Shown: positions 26,041 to 34,264 of the stretch, piece after piece
How the letters are laid out: each line of letters begins with the position of its first letter
Position numbering within the stretch: the first letter of the stretch is position 1
Program-made: the position numbers and the translations under genes
The notes under the pieces: generated by a model
The model's input: only the letters and a program-made list of their open reading frames with translations
Databases searched by the model: none
Told to the model about the DNA's origin: nothing
Virus record (IMG/VR): IMGVR_UViG_3300017650_000008
Span: 1 to 37,910 of that record
DNA: 37,910 nt
Direction: 5' to 3' (one strand)
Source: a virus
Lineage: Duplodnaviria; Caudoviricetes

Positions 26041-26513
26041 TGGCCGGCAAACGCACGCTCGCCTCGATCGTGGGCGCCGGCGCGGCGGCGTCCCTGATCG
26101 TGCTCGTCCCGAAGTTCGAGGGCATGGTGTTGCGCGGCTATAAGGACCCGATCGGCATCGTCACGGCCTGCGCCGGGCATACCAAGACCGCGATCCTCGG
26201 GCGGGCCTACACGCTCAAGGAATGCAACGAGCTTCTCGACCAGGATCTGGCCGAGCACGCCGCGGCCACGATGGCCTGCATTCGCGTCGATACGACACCG
26301 AACGAACGGGCGGCCTACACCTCGGCGACCTATAACATCGGCGGCCCGGCCTGGTGCCGCTCGTCGATGGTGCGCCTGCTCAATGCTGGCGATCATCGCG
26401 GCGCTTGCGAGGCATTGCTGCGCTACGTGTATGGCGGCGGCCGTGTCCTCAAAGGTCTGGTCATCCGTCGACAGATCGAGCGCGATCTGTGCGTGCAGGG
26501 CCTGCCGACATGA
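26040..26513 (+). CDS. Endolysin, GH24 lysozyme with an N-terminal SAR-like anchor
   Basis: Catalytic E-x8-D-x5-T in FEGMVLRGYKDPIGIVTACAGHT; YNIG and GLVIRR motifs; Ala/Gly-rich hydrophobic N-terminus. Confidence 0.92.
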   Translation: MAGKRTLASIVGAGAAASLIVLVPKFEGMVLRGYKDPIGIVTACAGHTKTAILGRAYTLKECNELLDQDLAEHAAATMACIRVDTTPNERAAYTSATYNIGGPAWCRSSMVRLLNAGDHRGACEALLRYVYGGGRVLKGLVIRRQIERDLCVQGLPT

Positions 26514-26755
26514 TCGCCTGGCTCATTCTCAATTGGCGCGTGGTGGCCGTGGGCGCGGCGCTGGCGGCGATGCTCGGCTCGATGCTGGTGATCGACCAGC
26601 GTGGCTATGCGCGGGGCTATGCGGCCGCGCAGGCCGACCAGGCGCGCGTGGAAAGGGGCAAGGCCGATGCTGCGAACCGTGCTGATGAGGACAGCCGCCG
26701 TTGCGCTGCTGATCCCGAGTGCCGCCTGCGGAACGACGGCTTCCGTCGCGACTAG
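26510..26755 (+). CDS. Inner-membrane spanin (Rz-like)
   Basis: N-terminal TM segment plus short helical periplasmic part; follows the endolysin. Confidence 0.7.
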   Translation: MIAWLILNWRVVAVGAALAAMLGSMLVIDQRGYARGYAAAQADQARVERGKADAANRADEDSRRCAADPECRLRNDGFRRD

Positions 26756-26861
26756 CGTGTGCGGGGCCTGGCGCTCCGTCACCTGGTCGGTGGTCGACAC
26801 GCCGCAGACGATCGACGAGGTGAAGGGCAACAACGCGAGGCGGGCGGCATGGTGCCAGTGA
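26667..26861 (+). CDS. Outer-membrane spanin lipoprotein (Rz1-like), overlapping Rz in another frame
   Basis: Signal peptide ending in lipobox-like SAAC; C..W....WS..DT..T...V..NN.....WC pattern. Confidence 0.7.
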   Translation: MLRTVLMRTAAVALLIPSAACGTTASVATSVCGAWRSVTWSVVDTPQTIDEVKGNNARRAAWCQ

Positions 26862-27229
26862 ATGCAGCCAAAGTTGCCGAAAGGGGCGCGGCCGTGACGG
26901 GCGAATGGCAATGGTGGGCAGGCTTCCTGGTTACGGTCGCGGCGGCGTTCGGCGGCCTGGCCAAGTGGGTCGGCTCGATCGGCACGCGCGTCGACACCCT
27001 CGAAAAGAGTGACCAGGCCGCGGGCATCCAGCGTGCCGGCATGCAGGGCGAGATCACGCTGCTCGAGCGGCGCATCAATGACGAGGGGAAAGAGGCGGCG
27101 CGCACCTTCATCACGCGCGACGAGTTCGTGCGCTTCGATGACCGGATGGCCGAGGCGGTCAACCGCATTCACAGCCGCCTCGACGATCTGCCGCGCGCCC
27201 TGTTGGACGCGCTTCGCAGCCAGCGCTGA
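26858..27229 (+). CDS. Membrane-anchored coiled-coil protein, lysis-associated (start may be GTG 26894)
   Basis: One TM segment (WWAGFLVTVAAAFGGLAKWV) followed by a coiled coil with FITRDEF. Confidence 0.65.
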   Translation: MNAAKVAERGAAVTGEWQWWAGFLVTVAAAFGGLAKWVGSIGTRVDTLEKSDQAAGIQRAGMQGEITLLERRINDEGKEAARTFITRDEFVRFDDRMAEAVNRIHSRLDDLPRALLDALRSQR

Positions 27230-27240
27230 AAGGATCTCCG

Positions 27241-27630
27241 ATGCCGCGTGTCAGTCAGGATTATAACCAGGGCGCGAGCTACAGCGTGCCGGTCGGCGGG
27301 CTGTCGATCGCGGAGTTCGAGTTCGACGAAGCGGGTGACAGCGACCCCGTCTATCTGTCGGGGCGGTTTTGCATTCAGGTCACGGGCGACGCCACGGCCT
27401 TTGTGGCGGGCGTGGAGCGGTCTACCCGTGATCCGGCCGGTGGCTCGCCCAATTGGGCGCCCGCCGATGTAGAGGGTATTTCTGGCGATCTGACGGACGG
27501 TTTGACGCCGGTGCTCTATGACGAGCCGGGCGCGGCCTGGTGGCGTGTCTCGGTCGATACGCTGACCGGCGGCGCGGCGCTGGTGGTGTTCTCCGGCTCC
27601 GAGGTCAAGCCGGAGATCGACCCGGCATGA
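27241..27630 (+). CDS. Acidic beta-rich hypothetical protein, 129 aa (possible fibre/spike adaptor)
   Basis: AAGGA RBS; coupled (ATGA) to the glycosidase gene. Confidence 0.65.
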   Translation: MPRVSQDYNQGASYSVPVGGLSIAEFEFDEAGDSDPVYLSGRFCIQVTGDATAFVAGVERSTRDPAGGSPNWAPADVEGISGDLTDGLTPVLYDEPGAAWWRVSVDTLTGGAALVVFSGSEVKPEIDPA

Positions 27631-29612
27631 CGCTGCGCCTGCGAGGGCATCTGCGCGCCGCCAGCAGTTTGCGCGCCTCGGCCGACCTGCGCGTGCGGCC
27701 CGGCACCGCCGGCGGGCAGACGCCGCTGCCGCGCTGGATCGGCGGCAAGGGCTTCTCGTTCTCAAACACGTTCGGCTTTATCGACACATGGTCGGCCGGC
27801 CGCAACGAGGTGGTGACGGACCAGACGCTCACGGATCTCGCGGCCGCCGGCTGCTCGTTCGTGCGGATCCATACGCAGGCCACTTTCCTCTATGACGCGG
27901 CCGACCATGCCATGCGCCTGGCGCGGCTCGACGAGGTGTTTCTGCTGGTCGATCGGGTGCTGGCCGCCGGCATGAAGGTCATCGTCAATCATCGGCCGCC
28001 AATCGAGGGGCAGACGATCGACGCCGGCGCGGTGGTCGACGACTATGAAACCGAAGGGCCGAACTGGCTGCTGGATCTCGCGGTGCTCGACGCCTGGGCC
28101 GAACGGCTGCTGCCCTATGACCAGCGCGTCGCGTTCGAGGAGTTCAACGAAGTCGAAACCGATATCGATTTCATCACGGCGATGAAAGTGGCGCGCGTCG
28201 AGCGCTTCCGGGCCATCAATCAGTACACGACGGTGATCGTCGGCGGTGATGAATATGGCAACGCCTATGGCCTCGCCTCGCTCGATCCGCAGGCATTCGC
28301 CCATCTCGGCAATGTCATCTTCAAATTTTTCTTCTACGAGAGCGGCGTCTTCAAGGACGCCGGCGTCGACGGCCTGTTCAAGCACGTTAGCGGGTTGTCC
28401 TATCCGGTGGTGCCGTCCGAGAAGGATGCAGTCGTCGCGGCGGCGTTCGCCGGGATCGATGGCGATAGCGGCATATCGGACAAACAAGCGGCCAAGGACG
28501 CGCTGAGCTATTTCGATCCCGGTACGGAACAATGGGTCGGTTTCCTTGACTATTGGTTCGACGGCATCCTTGATCTGGGCTGGAAGCAATCGGTACTCGA
28601 TGTCGTGTCCAATTGGGCCGACCTCAACGACATCGAGCCTGCCACGCACGTGATCTGCATCGAGCACGGCACCAGCACGACGGGCGCCACCTCGAAACTA
28701 TCGCAGGTGGCGTTCCTGCTTGACGATCGTGTCGAGATGGAGCTGCGCGGCATCCGCATGCAGGGCGTCTGGAATTACGATGCTGCGCCCTACAGCATCG
28801 GGCTCGATCCGGATCTGTTGCTCGCGCTCGGCTTCACGCCTACCGATGCATTCGAGGCCGAAACGACGGCGCTGCTGGCTGAGCTCGCCAATCCGCTGAG
28901 CGCCTATGCGCAACAGGTCATCAACGCGGCGCATCGCCAGCTGATGGAGGCCGATGTTTGGGACAGCCTGGACCTGTGGTTGTTCATGCGCGGCGAAGAA
29001 AACACGCCCGATCTGCCCTACATCAACTGGCGGAATTATGCCGAGGTCGGCAATGTCGAGCTTGGCAACGCCACATGGGAACCGGCCGAAGACGGTCGAG
29101 GTTATGCGCTGTCTCTTGATGGGTCTACGCCCACGGTCATCAATACGCAGCATGCTATGAAGTCTGGCAGCGCCACTGCTGAAAGTTTCCATATTGGCGT
29201 TGAGCGCATCTCGGACGATGGGAAAGACATCGGGCGGGTCGACGTTCTCGACCAATGGTTTTCTTCCGGTGCTCGACCGGGCGCATTCTTCGCCTATGCG
29301 GGGAACCTCGGTGACCTGAATGTCCGCGCCGGTCCAGCCGAAATCATTCGGCATATCATGACCAACCGCGACAATGCGGACACCTTCGAGATTTACGACA
29401 ACGGCAGCCTAACCACGCAAGTCTCTCAGGCTACCGATGCCGGCAAGTTGGACGACAACGGGGAAAACAAGGTCATCATCGGCCAGTCCGGTTTCACCAT
29501 CGGCGGGCAGCTAGGTCTTGTCCACAAGGGCAGCGATCTTGACGAAAGCCAGCGCCATGCGCTTACGCGGGTTCGCTACATCCTCAATCGAGCTTGGCCG
29601 CAGGCGGCTTAG
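27627..29612 (+). CDS. GH5-like (cellulase family) glycoside hydrolase with a C-terminal ConA/LamG-like domain
   Basis: TIM-barrel motifs AGCSFVRI and GMKVIVNH; acid/base AFEEFNE (~28140); putative nucleophile ICIEHG (~28660). Confidence 0.75.
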   Translation: MTLRLRGHLRAASSLRASADLRVRPGTAGGQTPLPRWIGGKGFSFSNTFGFIDTWSAGRNEVVTDQTLTDLAAAGCSFVRIHTQATFLYDAADHAMRLARLDEVFLLVDRVLAAGMKVIVNHRPPIEGQTIDAGAVVDDYETEGPNWLLDLAVLDAWAERLLPYDQRVAFEEFNEVETDIDFITAMKVARVERFRAINQYTTVIVGGDEYGNAYGLASLDPQAFAHLGNVIFKFFFYESGVFKDAGVDGLFKHVSGLSYPVVPSEKDAVVAAAFAGIDGDSGISDKQAAKDALSYFDPGTEQWVGFLDYWFDGILDLGWKQSVLDVVSNWADLNDIEPATHVICIEHGTSTTGATSKLSQVAFLLDDRVEMELRGIRMQGVWNYDAAPYSIGLDPDLLLALGFTPTDAFEAETTALLAELANPLSAYAQQVINAAHRQLMEADVWDSLDLWLFMRGEENTPDLPYINWRNYAEVGNVELGNATWEPAEDGRGYALSLDGSTPTVINTQHAMKSGSATAESFHIGVERISDDGKDIGRVDVLDQWFSSGARPGAFFAYAGNLGDLNVRAGPAEIIRHIMTNRDNADTFEIYDNGSLTTQVSQATDAGKLDDNGENKVIIGQSGFTIGGQLGLVHKGSDLDESQRHALTRVRYILNRAWPQAA

Positions 29613-29699
29613 CGGGAGCGTGGGACAAATCATCGCAAATGGCCATTTCCGACCGTGGCCATTAACCATAAGTTGCTGAAATCTTTAGACGTTCGAATT

Positions 29700-29745
29700 A
29701 CTCTTAATCAGCGGGTCGCAGGTTCGAGCCCTGCTGCGCCCACCA
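29700..29745 (+). other. att core = 3' half of tRNA-Lys(CTT), from the anticodon loop to CCA
   Basis: ACTCTTAATCAGCGGGTCGCAGGTTCGAGCCCTGCTGCGCCCACCA contains the CTT anticodon, the GGTTCGA T-loop and CCA. The 5' half is absent. Confidence 0.9.
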
Positions 29746-29777
29746 AATATTTCAAGGACTTAGCGGAAAGTCCTGAA

Positions 29778-29792
29778 GAACGCAGGGAGAAC
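29778..29792. promoter_or_regulatory. LexA box GAAC-N7-GAAC abutting the arm-type repeats
   Basis: GAAC-GCAGGGA-GAAC, exact alphaproteobacterial consensus. Confidence 0.65.
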
Positions 29793-29824
29793 GTGGGACG
29801 ATATGGGACGTCCCACGTGGGACG

Positions 29825-29850
29825 GAACGGCCGATGTTCCGATGATGTTC
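29825..29850. promoter_or_regulatory. LexA box GTTC-N7-GTTC (29836-29850) with an extra GAAC half-site at the same 7-nt spacing
   Basis: GAAC-GGCCGAT-GTTC-CGATGAT-GTTC. Confidence 0.68.
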
Positions 29851-29872
29851 TCTTTGCGGATGGGGAGGGCGA

Positions 29873-30220
29873 ATGCGCGATTTCCTCCTGTTTCTGGGCA
29901 AGGTCGCCGGCGGCCTGGCCTTCATCATTGTAGGCAATCTGGTGATCGCGCTTGGCGTGATCTGGCTGTTCGGCTCGTCGCCCGGCCCATCGGGCGGCTT
30001 GGTCGCGGCTGCCTCGCTCGACCGCCAGTTCGGCGGCTTTGACTGCTCGGATGATTGTTCGGGCCATGCGGCCGGCTATCGCTGGGCGCAGCGGCGCGGC
30101 GTCACGGCGGCGGCCGAGTGCGACAATCCGTCCGCATCATTTCGTGAGGGGTGCCTGACCTTCATCGACGATCCGTCGCGCGGCGCCGATGAAGACGATG
30201 CCGGCGAGGAGATCGACTAG
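29873..30220 (+). CDS. Membrane-anchored Cys-rich protein, 115 aa (moron between attP and int)
   Basis: GGGGAGGG RBS; N-terminal TM segment; FGGFDCSDDCSGHAAGYRWA...C...SFREGC motif. Confidence 0.75.
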   Translation: MRDFLLFLGKVAGGLAFIIVGNLVIALGVIWLFGSSPGPSGGLVAAASLDRQFGGFDCSDDCSGHAAGYRWAQRRGVTAAAECDNPSASFREGCLTFIDDPSRGADEDDAGEEID

Positions 30221-31455
30221 AGCTCCACGCCCTGCGCCTCGAGCCATCTGGCGAGGTTGCTCATGGCACCTTTGGCGAGGTGCTCGTCCAGCTGCAGATA
30301 GTGTTTCAGGATGGTGACAATCGATCCCGGCGTGTGCCCGCTGATCGAGGCGATCTCCGGAATGGTGCAGCCGGAGCGGGCGAGCCAGGTGATGGCCGTA
30401 TCGCGCAGATCCTGAAAATTCAGCGTGGCTACCGAGGGGCACGGCGGCAGGCCATGCTCGTTCGATCCCGCCACGGCCAGCGCCCGTACATCGGCGTAGC
30501 GATGCCGGAAATTGCTGGCGCCCCAGGCCTGGCCGGTGGCCTCGCACACCACGATCGCCTCCGGAATGACTTTGCGCGCTCGGCGGCGATCGTCGGCCAG
30601 GCGCATGCGCGCGATCAGCTGCGGCACGGCGAAGATCGACACCTTTGCCCGCGTCTTGGCCTGCTCCACCACGAACGCCTCACCGGCCGCCATGACGTCG
30701 ACCAGGCTGCGATTGCGATCGCGCGGTTCGACCAGCGCCAGAATGTCGCCCTGGCGCTGGCCGGACAGCAGGCCGAGGAAAACGGCATCGCCGATCGACG
30801 GCATGGCGAGCGCGTCGGCGGCCGCAACCAAAGCGCGGATCTCGGCATCGGTGGCAATGCGGACCCGGGGTGGCGGCAGCGGCAAATCGAGATCGTGGCA
30901 GGGATTGGCTTTCAGGCGCCAATCCGTCGACATCGTGCCCCAGGTCCACGCGGCCGACAGCACCATGATCGCACCGCGCGCCATCGCCAGGCTGCGAGCC
31001 TTGCGCATATATTCGAACATGGCTTTCACGGCCGGCTTGTCGATGACGGCCACGGGCGCCTTGGCAAACAGCTCCCATTCCTGGGGTTTCTTTTTGGCCA
31101 CTTCCTCGCGGGTGCGTGGCTTGAAGCGGATGGCGGCCGCCTTCTTCCTGTAGTCGGCCTGGGTGTTCGGCCGTTTCGACAGGAAGTCGTTGGACTTGAA
31201 ATACGCCTCGAGCAGATCGTCGATGGCGCGGCCGCGCTGCGCGATGGTTTTGGGTGCCTTGCTGCTGCCGGCGGCGGCCACGTCCTGGTTGAGCGCCGCG
31301 GCGGCCGCGCAGGCCTGCTCGAACGGCAGCCAGTGGCCGAGCTCGTCTTTCAGGTCGCGGCCCTTCCAGCCCAGCACGCGCAGCCGCGGGCCTGGATGCC
31401 AGCGCGGCCGGCCGCCGCGCCAGAGCATGAATTGGGGGATCTGAGCCTTGGCCAT
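30217..31455 (-). CDS. int: Tyrosine recombinase (phage integrase)
   Basis: Catalytic motifs GQRQGD, QAKT, FQDLRDT, SGHT and LKHY; adjacent to attP. Start taken at MAKAQIP. Confidence 0.95.
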   Translation of the reverse strand: MAKAQIPQFMLWRGGRPRWHPGPRLRVLGWKGRDLKDELGHWLPFEQACAAAAALNQDVAAAGSSKAPKTIAQRGRAIDDLLEAYFKSNDFLSKRPNTQADYRKKAAAIRFKPRTREEVAKKKPQEWELFAKAPVAVIDKPAVKAMFEYMRKARSLAMARGAIMVLSAAWTWGTMSTDWRLKANPCHDLDLPLPPPRVRIATDAEIRALVAAADALAMPSIGDAVFLGLLSGQRQGDILALVEPRDRNRSLVDVMAAGEAFVVEQAKTRAKVSIFAVPQLIARMRLADDRRRARKVIPEAIVVCEATGQAWGASNFRHRYADVRALAVAGSNEHGLPPCPSVATLNFQDLRDTAITWLARSGCTIPEIASISGHTPGSIVTILKHYLQLDEHLAKGAMSNLARWLEAQGVEL

Positions 31456-31466
31456 AACGGCGCTTC

Positions 31467-31988
31467 CTAGAGTTGTGCCAAGCCTTTGGCGACGAGGAGA
31501 ACACCTAAGATGAAGCAAAGCAGCGAGGCGAGGCCGCACAACAGGGCAAGGATGAACGTTGCGGTGATGATGCGAGTAGATTCAGGCGCCGGCTCACTTA
31601 GGAACCCTATCCAGCCGTTTAGATCCCGGAACTGCATATGGTCATGCTGCTGATACATAAAATTTAAATAGGCGAGCGTTGAACAAACTACGGCCATCAC
31701 TAGACCAACGGCAAACACTAGAAATGCAGATAAAAACGCGGATATCTTGATGCCTGTTGTGTCTTGACGATATAGCGCTGCGAGGAATGAAAGTAGTGCA
31801 ATTGGGGCTGCGCCATTCAACAGGAAAAGCGATCGGATAGATGCTTTTCCATATTCGACTGAAGCTGAGGCTGCAGTCTTAAAACTCTCGGTATTCCGAG
31901 CGATCAGAGCTTTCATGCCCTCATCGTAATATTTAATCCTTACTTCGAGCGGCAGCTCGGCTAGCTCGTCTCGCGCAGGCTTGGTCAT
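31467..31988 (-). CDS. AT-rich multi-pass membrane protein (moron)
   Basis: About three hydrophobic helices and an LLNGAA motif; visibly lower GC than the flanks. Confidence 0.75.
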   Translation of the reverse strand: MTKPARDELAELPLEVRIKYYDEGMKALIARNTESFKTAASASVEYGKASIRSLFLLNGAAPIALLSFLAALYRQDTTGIKISAFLSAFLVFAVGLVMAVVCSTLAYLNFMYQQHDHMQFRDLNGWIGFLSEPAPESTRIITATFILALLCGLASLLCFILGVLLVAKGLAQL

Positions 31989-32018
31989 GGTTAAGATACC
32001 CCCCCGACGCATTCTTGC

Positions 32019-32447
32019 TCACGTCCGCTGCTCCTTCAAGGCGGCGCGGATAGCAGCCGCAACGGAGTGACAGGTGTCGGGCTCCAATGCGAAGAACCCG
32101 AGCTTTCCGCGACACGGGATCAACGGCAGCGGGAAGGCGTCAGCCAGGACGAAGCCGTAACGGCCGAAAAACCAGCGACTGTCCATTTCAGTGACGCAAT
32201 CGACGATGCGCGCCATGCCGACCACGCCGCCGCGCGGCAGCTCCATTTGATCGTCGTCCAGCTCGGACTTCGACACGCCGGCATGGACGATGAACCAGCC
32301 CCGGCCCTTGGTAGGCCAATCGCGGTTTTCCACGTCCTTCCCGTCGTGGAAGACGTGATGCGGATATGGCTGCTTGATGCTGAGCGCTTTGATCAGGCCG
32401 GCCTCAACTCGATCTGCCAGCCCCTCGCTCATCTTCGCCGGCGTCAT
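32019..32447 (-). CDS. ASCH domain protein
   Basis: KALSIKQPY...GKDVENRDW...IVHAG and IPCRGKLGFF signature. Confidence 0.9.
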   Translation of the reverse strand: MTPAKMSEGLADRVEAGLIKALSIKQPYPHHVFHDGKDVENRDWPTKGRGWFIVHAGVSKSELDDDQMELPRGGVVGMARIVDCVTEMDSRWFFGRYGFVLADAFPLPLIPCRGKLGFFALEPDTCHSVAAAIRAALKEQRT

Positions 32448-32683
32448 GGCACCAGCTCTTTCATGCTGACGTTGAGGGCTTCGGCGAAGCGAGCGAGTGT
32501 TCTGATCGGCATATCGCTGCGGCCGATTTCGATGTTCGCGATCTGAGAGCGCGACATGCCGATGAGCTTCCCCAGATCCTCCTGGGTCATAGCCCGCGCT
32601 CGGCGCATCGACAGGATCATGGTGCCGACGTGGACCTGCTCGGCTTGAAGTTCGCCGGTCCCGTTGCAGTGCGGGCATTTCAT
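32444..32683 (-). CDS. XRE-family HTH regulator with an N-terminal CxxC (CPHCNGTG)
   Basis: MTQEDLGKLIGMSRSQIANIEIGR HTH. Confidence 0.85.
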   Translation of the reverse strand: MKCPHCNGTGELQAEQVHVGTMILSMRRARAMTQEDLGKLIGMSRSQIANIEIGRSDMPIRTLARFAEALNVSMKELVP

Positions 32684-32829
32684 TGCGCGGCCCTTTCGTC
32701 GGGGGAGAGGGCGGAGGCGCGGGAAGTGGCCTCATGAACCACGGCCGCCAGCTGTCGGTCCCAGGCACGGAAAGCGGCGGCGATCCGGGCCTCGATCGCG
32801 GCCAGCTCCTTTTCCTGTTCGGGCGTCAT
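32680..32829 (-). CDS. Hypothetical protein, 49 aa
   Basis: ATGA-coupled chain in the early operon. Confidence 0.5.
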   Translation of the reverse strand: MTPEQEKELAAIEARIAAAFRAWDRQLAAVVHEATSRASALSPDERAAQ

Positions 32830-33104
32830 GGCCGACTTCCGACATTGGCAAGCGCGGCGTCGATCATCGCCAGGTGCCGCTCGATCTCCTCGACGTGCTT
32901 GCGCTCCTCGGGGTCGATTGTTTCGCGGATCGGCTCGAGGGTCTCCCTGTCCAGGACGCAGACGCATTCGAGAGTGCCGTGGAGATGGTCCGCCACATAG
33001 GCTCGCGCAGCGCTAAGGGCGGCAGTGAGTGCCCTCGTCCGAAGCCGCACCTCATTCTCCACCGCCTCGCGAAACATCGGCGTGTGCTGAATGCTCGCGA
33101 TCAT
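32826..33104 (-). CDS. Hypothetical protein, 92 aa
   Basis: GAGGTG RBS; ATGA coupling at both ends. Confidence 0.65.
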   Translation of the reverse strand: MIASIQHTPMFREAVENEVRLRTRALTAALSAARAYVADHLHGTLECVCVLDRETLEPIRETIDPEERKHVEEIERHLAMIDAALANVGSRP

Positions 33105-33211
33105 TGCGGCACCTCGGCGAGCAGCGCGAACCAGTAGGATGCGCCGATCACGAAGGCGGCGACGGTGGCGAGCTCGAGCAGCTCGCGGGCGATGCGGAGC
33201 GTCTTCGTCAT
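33101..33211 (-). CDS. Small membrane peptide, 36 aa (MTKTLRIARELLELATVAAFVIGASYWFALLAEVPQ)
   Basis: Read manually. GGAGG RBS and ATGA coupling on both sides. Confidence 0.6.
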   Translation of the reverse strand: MTKTLRIARELLELATVAAFVIGASYWFALLAEVPQ

Positions 33212-33699
33212 GCGTGCCTCCCGTAGTGCTGGCCCAGCATGGCCCGCCAGGCGTCGGTTTCGTCGACGGCCTGGACGTCCTGCTCCGGGCCGGCGATGTC
33301 GTCGTCATTGGCGGCGCGGCTGGCGGGCGCCAGCGGGTGGTTTTTCTGGAACCAGGCGCGCACCGATTGCGGGTCCCAGAGCGGCCGGCCGAGCGCGCAG
33401 ACCGGCTGCGGAAAGCCCTGGTCGAACAGGTCGGCGCGGTGTTTCAGGAACCAGCCGCGCGTGCGGCCGAACCGGGCCGCCACCTGGCCGGCGTCCCAGC
33501 ACGCCTCGATCGAGAGCAGGCGTTTCTCGCGGGCATACCATTCCGGAAGCACGGCGATCGCCGGCGTCCAGCGCGCCACCAAATGCAGTTGCAGCGTGAC
33601 GCGGCGGCGATCGGCCGTCATGACGGCCAGGCCGCCGCCCTGTCTCGAGGCGGCGCGCAGCGGCACCTCGACCAGGCGTGGCAGCGGATCGTGGATCAT
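33208..33699 (-). CDS. AlpA/Xis-like winged-HTH protein (probable excisionase)
   Basis: DAGQVAARFGRTRGWF...GFPQPV....PLWDPQSVRAW pattern; same operon as int. Confidence 0.7.
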   Translation of the reverse strand: MIHDPLPRLVEVPLRAASRQGGGLAVMTADRRRVTLQLHLVARWTPAIAVLPEWYAREKRLLSIEACWDAGQVAARFGRTRGWFLKHRADLFDQGFPQPVCALGRPLWDPQSVRAWFQKNHPLAPASRAANDDDIAGPEQDVQAVDETDAWRAMLGQHYGRHA

Positions 33700-34046
33700 C
33701 GCGGGCCTCCCGGCATGAGAATGCGGGGCTGCACCACGGCGGCGGGTTTCAGTTCCTGCAGGCGGTGCAGCGCGTGGCGCTCGACATGCATGGCCATGAG
33801 GTACATCGAGCCGCGCAGATAGGCCTCGTTGCCGGGGTGGCTAGCGGCCACCTGGCCGAGCAGCTCGCCCATGACGGTACAGCCGAGGTTCATGAGGCGG
33901 GCGCGCACGTCGCGCAGCGGCACGTCGTCGAGGCTCCATTGCTGGGCAGCGTCATCGGCCAGGCGCATCATGGCTTTCGCCAGGTCCGCGACCGGGTCGG
34001 CTTCGGGTGCGCCTTCGGGCGCCGTGGTTTCGGGGGCGCCGTTCAT
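33696..34046 (-). CDS. Hypothetical protein, 116 aa
   Basis: GGAGG RBS; ATGA coupling. Confidence 0.65.
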   Translation of the reverse strand: MNGAPETTAPEGAPEADPVADLAKAMMRLADDAAQQWSLDDVPLRDVRARLMNLGCTVMGELLGQVAASHPGNEAYLRGSMYLMAMHVERHALHRLQELKPAAVVQPRILMPGGPR

Positions 34047-34264
34047 GCCGCGCCTCCGCGGCTGAGAGCGAGCAGTTCCTGGTCGAACGCCTCGTTCAGG
34101 GCCGCGTCGTTCAGCGTCTCGATCTGCCGGCGCAGGCCGGACACGACGTCGGCCAGTTTCTCGCCGGTCATGCTGACGTCGACCGAATGGCGATCGTTCT
34201 GCAGCTGGAAGCGGCCGAGAATTTTGCCGGTGAAAAGATCGGGGCCGATGGCGAGATTGCTCAT
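34043..34264 (-). CDS. Hypothetical protein, 73 aa
   Basis: GGAGG RBS; ATGA coupling. Confidence 0.65.
   Translation of the reverse strand: MSNLAIGPDLFTGKILGRFQLQNDRHSVDVSMTGEKLADVVSGLRRQIETLNDAALNEAFDQELLALSRGGAA

Larger units (their letters stand above)
29620..29850. mobile_element. attP region: core, two inverted IHF-like sites, RTGGGAC arm-type repeats
   Basis: IHF-like sites TAAGTTGCTGAAAT (29669-29682) and ATTTCAAGGACTTA (29749-29762). RTGGGAC at 29620, 29793, 29803, 29810 (inverted) and 29817. Close to the integrase 3' end. Confidence 0.85.

Noticed and set aside
23631-29612. Diversity-generating retroelement as in BPP-1
   Set aside because: The virion module is BPP-1-like, but I found no reverse transcriptase ORF and no TR/VR repeat pair.
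29700-29745. Complete tRNA gene
   Set aside because: Only the anticodon loop to CCA is present, with no D-arm or 5' acceptor strand. It is the att core.
29655-29933. ORFs spanning attP (29655-29933 +, 29708-30067 -)
   Set aside because: They are translations of the tRNA fragment and att arms, a well-known spurious ORF type.
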